This document shows, piece after piece, positions 1-10,830 of a stretch of 20,000 nt of DNA (position 1 is its first letter; each line of letters starts with the position of its first letter). The stretch covers positions 44,242 through 64,241 of the forward strand of contig JAYWIR010000147.1 in the NCBI GenBank assembly GCA_036172245.1, read 5' to 3'. The DNA is from Raillietiella orientalis (Eukaryota). The notes beneath the pieces were generated by a model. That model was not told where the DNA came from. It did not search any database and saw nothing but the letters and a program-made list of their open reading frames with translations. The translations under genes were made by a program, and so were the position numbers.

Positions 1-1
1 T

Positions 2-1464
2 GCGGCGTGGGCAGGGAAGCAGGACTGGGTCCGTTTGGGGATCCCCACGGTGAGGTACTTCAAGTAACTTGGTGTGCCGTTGGGGGACTACTCCCCTGCG
101 GAAGCGTGGTCCGGCTGCCTCCAAAAAGTAGAGACGGCTATCGGCCTGTTCCGAGGCGGCAGGTTTTTCCTGCCTGATCGGGCCGCGGTTTGGAACACGC
201 TTGTGGCTCCTTTCCTCCGCCTCCTGCTTTTTGTTTGCCTTCCTACAGAGAGAATGAAAAAGCGGAAGAAAGGACCTCCTCCGTATCGCCCTTTGAGGCA
301 ACGGGAGGGCCCGAGTCCGCCTAAAGGACTTGTGCGTTCCACGTCGGGATGGTGGTCTGGGCTTCCTGACGCTGGAGCGGCTGAAGCTTCAGTTCCAGTT
401 CCGCTTGTCGGCACTCGTTCCAGAGTTGTGGTGAACCTGTTGGTGCTTACCTGCACGTCTCCTTCTCCAGCAAGCCACCGGCAAGACGGGACCGACGTCG
501 TTTCTTGCACTCCGTCGCCGCGTCATCCGATGGGGACTCCACCTACGGAGGGTGGCTGCGCTGTATCCCAAAAACCCAGGATTGCCCACCTGTCGCCCTT
601 TGAACGGTAGTGCCTGGCTGCAGGAAACCGTTCGAACGTGGGGACAGTTCGGCATGCAACGCTCCCAACAGGAACGAAAGTTCCTGTTTGGGGGTTACAG
701 AAGTTGCACGCTTCGCGAGATCCTGGAGGATCCAAAGAAGAGAGCGTGGGCAGAAGAACCCCCTCGCTGCTGCGCTGTCCTCCCTAGTGGAACATCAGGA
801 CAGCGATGTTGCGGCGAAGTGGGAGGTTAGAATAAAAATCTCCGGGAAGGAGAAGAAGCAGAGAGAGTGGAAGACGGGCCAGCTAACTGATGCTGCGACC
901 CCGAGTTCGCCTCCCAATGGACTTCGGCGCTGGGGCGCGCTGCTAGATGTTCCCATTGAACATCTGAAGTTGCCCCCGGTGCTCATGAACACTTCCGCCC
1001 TTTCCTTAAAATGGCAGAAGTCGGCTCTCCTGTTGCAGAACTGGGGACTCCCCTGCAACTCCCGCCGACGCCACTGGACCTGGGGAGCGGTGGACCCCAA
1101 TTGCGTCAGGTGTGGGGAACGTAAGTCGCTCTTCCACCTGCTAGTGGATTGTTGCCCTTCGGCCCTTTGGTTTCGCTTTGCCGCGGCCATCGGAATCCCC
1201 TGCGGCAACCCCAGGGACGCACTGAAAGCCCTCTTCGTTGCCTACGCCCTTCGGCCTGCGGCCTCGTTGGCAGCTTTGTGCTGCCTACGCAGGATCGTCA
1301 CCGCTTGGAGCGAGGCTACGGGAGGACAACGCGACCAGGGTGCCTTTTAGCCAGCCTCATAGTTCCTGAGGAGGGCGTCCCGATGGCCCCACCTGGATCC
1401 AGTAATACAGAAGGAGCTTGCCGGCATCCTGCAAAGGATGCAACGGCACCACCAGCAACTGTGA
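2..1464 (+). pseudogene. ORF2 C-terminal part (end of RT/thumb and zf-RVT-like zinc finger), disrupted
   Basis: FK*LGVPLG (decayed KYLG motif, TAA at 65-67). RVRLKDLCVPRRDGGLG from 312 matches the L1-clade LxxPxxxGGLG motif. CVRCGERKSLFHLLVDC at ~1102-1152. Several frameshifts and stops. The end aligns with the 4745-5080 ORF. Confidence 0.9.
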
Positions 1465-1646
1465 TCCCTTCCCTTACCCTCCCAACTTTTCTTTTCTTTT
1501 TTGTTTTGTTTTTTGTTTTTCCCCTTTCCCCCGGCTGCCGTGGTGGACCGTACCGTTCTGCGAACCGGTGACCTGGCAGGTTCTGTGTTTCTTCGTGCGT
1601 GGCTGGAGCAATGGTCCAGCCACCACACGTCTTTGTAAAAGTTTAT

Positions 1647-1682
1647 TTTACAATAAACGCCCCGGCGAAATCCGGGTGAAAA
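1647..1682 (+). terminator. 3'-end signal: AATAAA, GC hairpin and short A tail
   Basis: tttacAATAAAcgccccggcgaaatccgggtgAAAA. Confidence 0.75.
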
Positions 1683-3017
1683 TCGAATGCTTTGTGCAAA
1701 TTGACCGCGACGGCAAAGGCTCCCTACGAGTCCGTCCTTTCTTCTGCATGATGTTCTTGGTCAGAGGGGAGCGCGAGGCTCCCTTGACCATCCTGAGCAA
1801 CGCTTTGTCGCTACTGCTACGATGACCCGGTCGTCGCTGCTCACGCTGGGCTCGCAATTTTGTTGCGGCGTCGACGTTCGCGCGGCGGCGGGTTGAACAG
1901 CTGGCGTGACGTCACATCGCATCCATCCGTCAGCGGAGCGAGTATCGATCGCCGGCACGCGTTTGATGGCCACGCTGCACGCTATGATTGTTGGGCGTGG
2001 CGCGACCTTCCCCTTGCCCTTCACCACTTTCGCCTGTGCGGGCGCGGTAGTTTTAATAATTTTTACTTTGCTGGTGACCAGCTGCCAGCCTTCCTCGTCG
2101 GCAGTCTTTTCCGAGAGCTCCTGTACCTAGTCCTTTTCCAACTGCGCGACTTTTGTCGTAGCCGACGGCTGATCCCCTTTTGTGGGGCTGATTGCTGTTT
2201 TTGCCTTACCTTCCTTCTTTTGCGTAATTTCCGGCGTTGAAGCGACGTTCATCGGGCAGATCACTTTAGTGTGGCCCTTTGCGCCGCACGTTGGGCAAAC
2301 TGCTTTCGGGCACCGCTTTTTCAAATGCCCGAACGTCTTACAACCTCCACAAATATTAGGTTTCCCCACAAACCAAATGTCGACGAACTTGTCGCCAATT
2401 TGGAGCTTGTGGGGAAGCTGTAAGCTTTCTCGAAGCGTCACGAGCGCGCCTACTCGCCCACTAAATGCACCATTCACTCCGAAGGTGTTATGCTTTCTCC
2501 ACATCGCGAAAACGCTAGCGAATTTTTCGAGTTCAGCGTGGATGGCGTTCTCATCCATCCTCACTGTTGTCCCTGTTAGGTGGACCACAATGGAGTGGTC
2601 CACCGTGTGTGGGAGTAAATTCCTGCCATCAAATTGTACGGGCGTGCTGAGCATCTTGTGGGTAAGAGCTGCATCCTTGCAGATGAGCTCCGCCAACTGC
2701 CCTCCGCTCCGTATAAAGAGGCAAAGAATTTCATGGTCGGCAATGCCCATCTTTTTGATGGCATTGCCGAACTTTCGCGCCCTTAACGGGGAATATAAAT
2801 TGCCTACCTTGTACAGGAGGGCCGGATTGTAGCCCTCCTGCATGTAGGATTGTATTTCGGCGGCGACATCGGGCGTTTCCGCCGCTGCCACCGCGCTCCA
2901 GGCCCTCGTCATAGTGGCGGGTTCAGAAGAAGTGGTGGAGCGTGATCCCACCTCCTTTGGCTTGGAAGGCGCGGTCTTCCCGCCTCCCTCACCTGAAACT
3001 GCGGCGTTCACAGGCAT
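1683..3017 (-). pseudogene. ORF1 gag-like nucleic-acid-binding protein (predicted RRM-like region and 2 CCHC zinc knuckles), truncated
   Basis: CGGCKTFGHLKKRC and CPTCGAKGHTKVIC (CX2CX4HX4C). The TAG at 2127-2129 is internal because the same frame continues through DEEGWQLV and CSVAIKRVPAID to 1761. Confidence 0.9.
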
Positions 3018-3110
3018 TTCTGCCTGTCAACTGCCGCGAAACACACACGAAACACCAGAGAGAAAAACTGCTTATCCACGGAGCGCACAACAATTGCCTC
3101 CGCCGTTCGC
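1683..3110 (-). mobile_element. Family-1 LINE, 5' portion (segment 2): 5'UTR and ORF1 broken near its C-terminus
   Basis: GT-rich 5'UTR ending ggcagaaATGcctg, the same start context as 18193-18206, followed by ORF1. The right boundary lies somewhere in ~3095-3150. Confidence 0.88.
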
Positions 3111-3155
3111 CTCCTCCTAAGGCGCTACTAGGCAACCGCATCTGCGGCTGCCTAG

Positions 3156-5080
3156 CCTAAGCGTCGATGCATTCGGCCTGGGGAAGCGCTGGGTGCCTTG
3201 ACGATCGTGGTCGATCTCCGCAAGGCGTTCGATTGCATAAATCACGATCTCCTGCTGGAGCTCCTCAAACGTCTCGGTCTACCCGTGCACCTCGTCGCGT
3301 ATTTGCGCGCTTGCTGGCGCCACGAGCTCATTTCCATTTCTTTCAGCGGCTGCCACGTGTACGGCGTGCAGGAGCGGCGGGGCATCAGGCAGGGCGACAG
3401 CCTCAGTCCACTGCTCTTTAGCACCTACTTTGAGTTGGTGCTGAGGGCGTACAGGCTGACGCTGGCCAACCTGCCGAGCTCTTGTCCAGGAACGCCGTCC
3501 GTGGCGGCCTATGCTAACGACTTTCTTCTACTCTTACCCATGACCACACCGGTGTCCAGTCTTGAGGATTTCTTAAAGCTGATACGCCGGGGAGCGGGCA
3601 TGAACGTAAACCGGAGCAAGAGCGTGATCGTACCTATTGGTGCGGCGTGGCAGGGGCAGTTCGACTGGATCCGCCTGGAGTTTCCAACCGCTTCCTCCAT
3701 GCAATATCTACGCGTTCCGCTAGGGAACATCAGACCAGTGGAAGTGTGGTCGGAGTGCCTTCGGAAGGCTTTGAATGCCCTGTGCCCGTTCCACCATGGC
3801 AGGTTCGTCCTGCCGGAGCGGGCCACGATATGGAACAGCTTCGTTGCCTCCCTTTTGCGCCCTTTTCTTTTTGTTTGCCCGCCTCCCTACTCGGCCAAGC
3901 TTCAGGAGCACAGCCTGTTCAGGAACGCTCTGTGGGGACCTGCGAGGTCCAGGATACGCCTCAAAGACTTAACGGCTTCGCGTCGGGATGCTATCTTAGG
4001 CAAGCTGACGCAGGAGAGAATCGAGCTGCAGGTGCAGCTTCGAATGTTGGCCCTGTGCGCCAACCTTTGGTCCACTCCGTGGTGCGTTCCTGCGCGCCTG
4101 CTTCTGCGGCGCTGCACAGGCAGCGATGGACTACTGTCGCTGCGGCCGCCCACGGAGCGCCCCACGAGAAGCTTCGGTTTCCCCCTGAAACCGCTGTACC
4201 GGCTCCTGGAAGCCCAGGAATGGATGTCCTGCCGCCCAACGAACTTTCAAGCCTGGCAGCAGGAACCGTTGCATGGCTGGGCAAAGCATCAGGATGTTTT
4301 CCTCCTGGAACTCCGTTGCGCTCACCTCTCCCCGTACTGCACGGTGGATGAGGTGTGCAACAGCCAGGAGAAGTGGACCCGCCTGGCCGTCACCCCCCTC
4401 GAAGACGCACTGTCAGCCCTCAGGGCAAGAGATGACAGCCTGGAACCGGCGAGATGGGAATTCGCCTGCACCTTTGCAGGAACAACACGACCTAATGGTG
4501 GCTGAAAGACTTGCGAGCTGGCAGACGCCGCCACGCCTCGCCTCATCTCGAAGGGACTTCTTCGGTGGAGGGAACACTTGAGTGTGCCCCATGAAGAACT
4601 TGTGGTCCCTCTCTCCTGTTTGAACACTTCGGTGTTCCCCCTCTCGTGGAAGCAGGACGTCATCATGCTGGTGCATTGGGATTTTCTCTCCAACCAGCTG
4701 ACGAACTGTGTTTCCGGGGGAGTTGTCTCCCCAAACTGTAAGCGGTGTGGGGAAGTGGTAACGCTCCCGCACCTCCACCTGGACTGCGGTGCTCTTCTAG
4801 GACTCTGGCGGAGGCTGGTTTCAGCTTTCCTGAACCAGGGGGACACCGCGAGGGACTTGAAGCGTCGCTTCTTCTCGCCAGGCGGCCTGTCTTGGGTGCT
4901 GTCGTTGCAACCGTGTGTTGCACCCGCAACATCGTAAAGGCCCATAGTGAGTTGGAGAAGCTGGCCATCGTTCGTCAGCCCACGGCATTAGCCACTACAA
5001 ACATGTTGTCGGCTGGCGAGTGGGCTTATCTGCTACAGGGCGTAAGGAGAGAGATGACCGTCATCCATCGCCGGTTTTGA
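3156..5080 (+). pseudogene. ORF2 reverse transcriptase (subdomains 3-7) and C-terminal zinc finger, inactivated
   Basis: VDLRKAFD, RGIRQGDSLSPLLF, YAND in place of catalytic YADD (3510-3521), GMNVNRSKS, QYLRVPLG and CKRCGEVVTLPHLHLDC. Stops or frameshifts near 4505 and 4937. Confidence 0.95.
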
Positions 5081-5265
5081 AAGAAGGAACGGACTCAATA
5101 AAGACCCCTGTCTCCTGCCCTCCATATTTTAATTTTTTTATAGTAGTGTATTTGTGGTCCCTTCCCTCCCGTTCCGGACTTTCGGCATACCGACCTGCGT
5201 GTCGGGGATCCCACCTCCTTCGTCTCTTGTTTTCCCCTTTGTCCAGGAACACTGTTCCCGGATAG

Positions 5266-5301
5266 TTTACAATAAACGCCCCGGCGCACTTGGGTGATAA
5301 A
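5266..5301 (+). terminator. 3'-end signal: AATAAA, GC hairpin and short A-rich tail
   Basis: tttacAATAAAcgccccggcgcacttgggtgATAAA. Confidence 0.75.
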
Positions 5302-5490
5302 CAGCCGACCCCCCGCGATCGTCTCTATTTCCTGGGCGTCTCCCGCGGTGATAACGTGGATCTCCTGCAGCAGGGCCAGGTCGAAGTCACGCAGGGTGCC
5401 GGCCGTATCTCGTCTGTTGCCGTCGTCGCGCAGCCCGTTTACGTTCCAACTGGCCACGCGGATCCTAGGGCGACAGGCGAGCCCAGGTTT
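5302..5490 (-). pseudogene. ORF2 APE endonuclease N-terminus (fragment)
   Basis: RIRVASWNVNGL and LALLQEIH, the first two APE motifs. The start codon position reads AAA and aligns with the ATG at 19840. Confidence 0.92.
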
Positions 5491-7181
5491 TATTCCTGGG
5501 AAATTGGTTCTGCAGCGTCCGCCACCTGTTAGGGCGGGACGATAGGTGGAGGGGGAGGGTCAGGTGCTGGAGGCACCTGGTCCCCCTCTTCCATGGGTAA
5601 CGGCGCGTCAGCCGGTTCACCCTTAGGTGGGGTCGTGCCTCCCTGTTCTCCCTGCTCCATGAGCATGGCCTGCTCGACGGCTTCCGTACGTGGGAATTTC
5701 AACTCCTGGTTTCTCACGCTGGCGTCAGCTTCCGGCTTCTCGTCCTCGCTCGTGGAGGGGAGGCGCCTCCTCGGTTTTTGGGACTTCCGTCCCGTCTTCC
5801 GGGTGGGTGCCTTTGAGGAGTGGGATGCACTTCCGGCCCCCAGGTCGTACACACTTTCGGGGTCCTTCTTGGGCGGAGCAGCCCTGCGCACTGCATTGCG
5901 TGAGGGGTTCTCACGCACGCCCAGAGTGACCGCGAGCTCCTCCGCTGCCTTCCCGAAGGCGGCGTCCTCGCCGTCGGAGTGCGCGTCGCCCGGCTCACCC
6001 TCTGTTTACACAGTGGGTTCGTCGTCCCGAACCTCGGGCGCGGCGGAAACGGCGAGGGGAGGCTCGTCGCCCCGGGTGGCAACCTCAGGAACGCTTACGC
6101 GATTCAGTGCTACCGAGCACTCCTGGAGTTTTTTTGACAGCCGCGCGGCTTTATTCTTTTTGCTGGCCGTGTTCGTTTTCTCCGTTTTCTTTAGTGGTTC
6201 TTTCACCACTTGTTCCTCCTTCCTGGCCTTTATCAGTTGCCTTCCCTCTTCCACTCCCGCGTCTTCCGCGGTTTCATCCAATGACGCCTGGGTGAGAGGA
6301 AGAGGAGATGGCGGCTCGGGCCGGCCAGTTTCTCGCTTAGGTCTTTTGACCTTGTTGATTTTTTTGGCCTGCGCCTTTTTGGCAGCAGGTGGCAACGGGG
6401 TAGGGCGTTTAGGGCACACACGACGCACGTGTCCCTTAACCCCGCACAAGTGGCACTCAATGTTCGGGCAACGCTTGCGCAAGTGCCCTACTGCATTGCA
6501 GTAGTCACAATAGCGGGGTTTCCCCACGTACCAGAGGTCGACGGATTCTTTCGCGACTTCCAGTTTGTGAGGCAACCTAGCACTTTCATTGACAGTGACA
6601 TGCGCTGCAGCCTGGCCTCCAAAATGGCTAGAAAGCCTTCGAAGATGGTGGGCTTTGGCCATAACGCGTGTACATCTCCGTATTTCATCAATTCGTAATT
6701 CACCGCCGAGCGCGTCATCCGATTTGTGATTCCGGTTAGATGGACCACTACGAAGCGGTCCATGATAACCGGTAGGATTTTCCGGCCATCCACATTCAGC
6801 GGGGTGTTCATCAGGCGCTGTGCTAAGGCTACATCTTTGCAGACGACCTCCACGCGCTGCCCCTCGCTGAGTACGGCGAGGCCGTCAAGATCCTCTTCTC
6901 TTACAGGAACGTCCTGTAGTGCCTTACTGAAGGCTTGGGCGGTGCGACCATCAAACAGGGGTCCTATTTTGAAAACCAGAGATGGTGTTATATCCTGATG
7001 CCCTGTAAGCCGCTTGCTCCGCCTAGGTTTCCGCGCTCGGCGCGGCCACCATGGTGCTCCACTTCCTCGGCGTTGGCGAAGATGATTCCGAAACGGATGC
7101 CCCTTATCCAGTAAGCCGTCGGGAAGGACTATCCTTTCTCACGCCTACCTTTATCGTGGTGTCCTCTGGCAGCGATGCCAT
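5490..7181 (-). pseudogene. ORF1 gag-like protein with 2 CCHC knuckles, full length but frameshifted
   Basis: Assembled from the 6488-6853, 6006-6662 and 5529-5918 ORFs. CDYCNAVGHLRKRC and CHLCGVKGHVRRVC. It ends PISQE* at TAA 5492-5490, matching PLSQS* at 19838-19840. Confidence 0.9.
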
Positions 7182-7270
7182 CGGACACCAACGATGTGAA
7201 AAAACACACACTTTCCAAGAAGAAACCGCTTCCCGGTACTTGTTGACGGAGAAACCGAAAAACACGTCCT

Positions 7271-7870
7271 TCCGTAACGAAAGGGCGTATTTGCACGCCC
7301 ATCGTTTTTCGAGGACCCCTGACATCCGTCGCTTGACAGAGTACAAAGCCGAGGCCGAGCGTCAAGCCTGGCAATCCAAGCCGCCCAGCGTGCTGGACGA
7401 CCTACACCAGGAATACTCGGACCCGGCATGGATACGTCGCTTCGTGCGTTAATTTTACTTCTCCCTTCACGCCAGGGTACCTGCGGAGTGGGACGTGTCG
7501 CGGAGCTTTCTCCCAAATGGAGCCTTGGCCATAGGGAAGGGAGAGAAAGAAAGCTTCGACGAGCCTTTTACGACCGGAGAAATCATCACCGCTATTAAAA
7601 AGCTTAAGAGGCGTAAGGCGCCAGGGTAGGACGGCCTGCCGGCGGAGTTCTTAAAGAGCTTCGCGTCAGATCTGACCCCCCTGGTGCTCCAATTGACACG
7701 GCTGATACGAAACGAAGGCGATGTTCCCGCCTCGTTTTGGTAAGCCAGAGTGAGGCTCCGTCCTAAGGGAGGAGACCTTAGGAAATTGAGCAACTAACGT
7801 TCGATCACGATTGTGAACACGGACGCCAAGTTGCTGGCTGGACTGTGGGCTGCGCGGCTGGGACAGATGG
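7271..7870 (+). pseudogene. Family-1 ORF2 internal fragment (segment 5): linker to RT subdomain 2
   Basis: RNERAYL...AERQAWQS, KAPG*DGLPAEF, LRPKGGDLRKLSN*RSITIVNTDAKLLA. Four in-frame stops. Homologous to 8592-7997 and to segment 10. Confidence 0.93.
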
Positions 7871-7871
7871 A

Positions 7872-9355
7872 ATTCCCGGTGCGCATCAAGCCCATTTTGT
7901 GTTAAAGCTCTAGCCAGGTGGAAGAGTGGAACAGGTTCGCCTCTCTTCTCCGCCTCGGAACAGCATACGTCTTTTCCGGGCTGATGGACGCGTTTGCAAC
8001 CCGTTCCAAGCGCTCAGCCCAAACCTTAGCTATCAACGTGGCATCCGCATTCACTATTGTGATGAAACGCCAGTTGTTCATGCCCCTCAGATATCCTTCC
8101 TTAGGGAGAAGCCGCACCTTTGCCGAACGAAACGAGGCGAGAACGTCACCTGTATCGCGTATCAGCAAGGTGAGTTGATGTACCAGGGGGGTAAGCTCAG
8201 CCGCGAAAGTCTGATAAAACTCCGCGGACAGGCCGTCCTCCCGTGGAGCCTTTCGTCTCTTGAGCTTTCCGATGGCCGAGATGATCTCGCCCATCGTAAA
8301 AGACTCGTCGAGGGACTTTTTCTCCTCTTCCCCGATCGCAGGAGCGCCTTCCGGAAGCAGGATTCGTGAGAAATCCCGCTCGGAAGGCGTTCTTGCGTAC
8401 AGGGAGGAGTAAAAACGCCGCAGCAAACCGCGGATCTGAGCGGGTGCCGAATGCTCCTGGCCCTGATCGCCCAGCAAGCTGGCCGATCCTGACTGCCAGG
8501 CTTGCCTCTCGGCACCCGCTTTGTATTCCGCCAGCCTGCAAATGTCGGGGGTCCTGGCGTAACGACGAGCCTGCAGATAGGCTCGTTCGTTACGTACCCA
8601 GTCCCCAAATCCCGAAGGTAGGCGGTGCTGAGGGAACTGGTCGCAGAACTTCTGGACCGACCGTTTGAAACGATCCCAATCCTGAAGTGTCTGCATCCTA
8701 AAGCTCCGTATAAACGTGCGGAGATGTTCCATCGCGTCCGGGAGCTTCAGCCAGTCCCTTGGCAAACGCCACGCTGACGAGAGGGGGCCCCTGTCGCGCG
8801 GATGGATTTCAATCACGATTGGTCGATGGTCGGACAACTCGCACGGCACCTTGCAGCGCCTGCCCACACGAGTGCACAGGTGCTTCTCAAGGAACACGTG
8901 ATCGACGTTCTTCTCCATCCCTGGTACACTGGCCAACAAATTACAAGTGTGCACCGCCGCGCACACCTCGTTGACCAGGTCCCGCTCGTGATTCGGCCAT
9001 CCGGTTTCAGACGAACGTTGAAATCGCCTGCAACCAGATGAGCATTCCGCACGCCTGCCTTGGTCAACCAGTCGCGATGGAAGGCAAGGACAAATTCTTT
9101 CCTGGCCCTCCTGTTCGTCAGGTCCGCTCCGCTCGGGGCGTACACGTTCATAACGATCAGGTCGATCGAGTCGGGCCAGCTGAGAGTCAGCTGGCCGACA
9201 CGACCGTGATCGTTGCACCGCACGCCCCGAGCCGCGGCCTCGACGGCTGGCCGAAGCAGGTAGGCGACACCGCAACTTTTCGCTATCTGACTTCTGTACC
9301 ATAGCCGCCCTCCGGAGATGCGTTCGATCTCCTGCGCTCGTACAGTGCAGAGGTG
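7872..9355 (-). pseudogene. Family-1 ORF2 internal fragment (segment 6): most of APE, linker and RT subdomains 0-2a
   Basis: GVAYLL, NVYAP and AGDFN in the 8813-9223 frame. After a frameshift: VDHVF, SDHRPI, FYSSLY, KAPREDGLSAEFY and NWRFITIVNAD. Confidence 0.95.
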
Positions 9356-9476
9356 TTCACGCGTCTATCAGCGTTAACGATCGGGCATCTTTGTGCCTGT
9401 GTTTTCGCTCGCACTTGTATATTCTAGTGCAATCTGCAAAGTAGCATAGTGCTACAAGTCCAGTACACAGGAGAGT

Positions 9477-10699
9477 GTGAAGGAGCAAGCCACTGGATGC
9501 ACTTCAACTGTACTTGAAGTGGCCGCATCTTCCGTAATGGTTTCCTCACCCCCGATAAGGAGTTACGCCGCCGTTACCTCCCAAAGACCAGAACCCTGCG
9601 ATGCGGAGTTCCAGGCATATGTGTCATCTGGAAACATGCCTGCACTCCGTTATAAGATCAGTGGGCCCCTTAACGGGAGGATCAAGCGTGAGCTCAATGA
9701 TGAGCTCGTCCGGATTGGCGTTCGCGAGGAGGAACTCCTTGCCATAATGCCTGCTGGCAGGATGGAATATACGAAGATTCGGTGCAAGAACGCAGCATTC
9801 GTGCAGCGCCTTCTCCGTACGCCGTTGACCATCAATTGCAAGGTAGTCCTTCCTACCGCGATGGAAGACTCTTTTCTCGTTCAATTGTGCGACATCGAAC
9901 CGGAAATCTCCGACCGCGATGTCGTAAGCGTGCTGCCGATGTTCGCCACCGTGCACGCCCTGTGGAGGAGGCCGAACCCTTCGAAAGATTTCTCCTTTCT
10001 CCACATCGGACAAGCCTCCGCGCGGATCACCGTCGCCAACAGGCGTGTTGTGCCTGAGCAGCTGCAGGTGAACGGCACGGTCGTTCACCTGTGTTTCATA
10101 GGTTAGACTCGCGCGTGAGTGCAGTGCGGCAATGATGAGCACCTAATCAAAGGGTGCCCATCTCCGAGATGCCGCTATTGCAAAGATTCCGGGCACGAAA
10201 TGAAAAAGTGCCCTGTACTTGCAAGAAAAGCAGCCGAAGCGGAAATTCGTCGGGTTCAAGAGACCACTGCACCAAAAGCCGCAGTGGCAAATAAAAAACG
10301 TCGTCCGCAGAAACTCGGAAAAAGCCACGAGCGATCCGCGGATAAAAAGAAAGCATCCCCGCCCGCAATGCCTAGAAAGGGGAAAGTCACGGCGGGGAAG
10401 CCAATTAAAAAGGGGCGCGTGGGTTTGCCGCGTGCCGTGCCCTCCCTCGCTGCCAAACTTGCAGGCACCTTTCCGAGCCAGGAACCAGCAAATCTCCGTA
10501 ACACCCTGGAGGGAAAGGTAGGCAAACAGGATGATCGCAACAGTGCGAAGACTTCTTGCTTCGTTCCGTTGTCCCTTCGGAGTTCCGGACAGCCCCACTG
10601 CAGCGCAGGCCCCTCTGCAAAGGCTACGAAATCCGTAAAAAGCAGCGTTGCGACAAGGAAAACACACTGCGTGCAGGCGCCTCATCGCCCACTCGGCAG
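9477..10699 (+). pseudogene. Divergent family-1-related ORF1 (segment 7, leader from ~9360), interrupted at ~10700
   Basis: SYAAV, GVREEELLA, QRLLRTPL and FATVHALW align with the other ORF1 copies. Knuckles *VQCGNDEHLIKGC and CRYCKDSGHEMKKC. In-frame TAG at 10104 and TGA at 10116. The start codon is uncertain (GTG 9477 or ATG 9537). Confidence 0.9.
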
Positions 10700-10737
10700 T
10701 TTTCCCCAAGTCCTATGAGGGGAGGTGTAAATTTATT
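10700..10737 (-). terminator. Family-2 3'-end signal: AATAAA, hairpin and short A tail
   Basis: The minus strand reads AATAAAtttacaccTCCCCtcataggacttGGGGAaaa. Confidence 0.65.
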
Positions 10738-10830
10738 TTTCTAAAATTTTTCTATAAAAACATTCACACTACAATCTCATCCATACCATTTGCACATTTT
10801 TTTTTTTACCACTATGAAGTCCTTGGGTTC

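Larger units (their letters stand above)
1..1682 (+). mobile_element. Family-1 L1/Tx1-like LINE, 3' portion (segment 1), continuing left of the window
   Basis: Decayed ORF2 3' half, followed by a T-rich 3'UTR, AATAAA (1652-1657), a terminal hairpin and AAAA (1679-1682). Colinear with the copy at 3156-5301. Confidence 0.92.
3156..5301 (+). mobile_element. Family-1 LINE, 3' portion (segment 3): RT subdomain 3 to the 3' end
   Basis: ORF2 3' half, 3'UTR, AATAAA (5271-5276) and a terminal hairpin. A 21-nt block is identical to the end of segment 1. Confidence 0.93.
5302..7269 (-). mobile_element. Family-1 LINE, 5' portion (segment 4): 5'UTR, complete but decayed ORF1, start of APE
   Basis: Terminal motif GGACGTGTTTTTCGG (7269-7255), then ORF1, then the ORF2 N-terminus broken after GGRLF. 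Confidence 0.92.

Noticed and set aside
1486..1520. T-rich tract as the poly(A) tail of a minus-strand element (also 10797-10807)
   Set aside because: Both tracts lie inside 3'UTRs between the ORF2 stop and AATAAA, and segment 3 has a similar T-rich tract at ~5127-5150.
2182..6504. Long antisense ORFs (2182-2832, 4322-4945, 5593-6504; likewise 14383-14967) as real genes
   Set aside because: They are shadows of GC-rich coding strands, Phe/Leu/Ser-rich where they mirror Lys/Glu codons, with no recognisable motifs.
1683..7870. Twin-priming 5' inversions as the main cause of the head-to-head junctions
   Set aside because: Disfavoured but not excluded. It would require large internal deletions, complete 5' ends every time, and each new element landing exactly at the previous 3' end. 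Nesting explains both junction types with one rule. Flanking sequence would decide.
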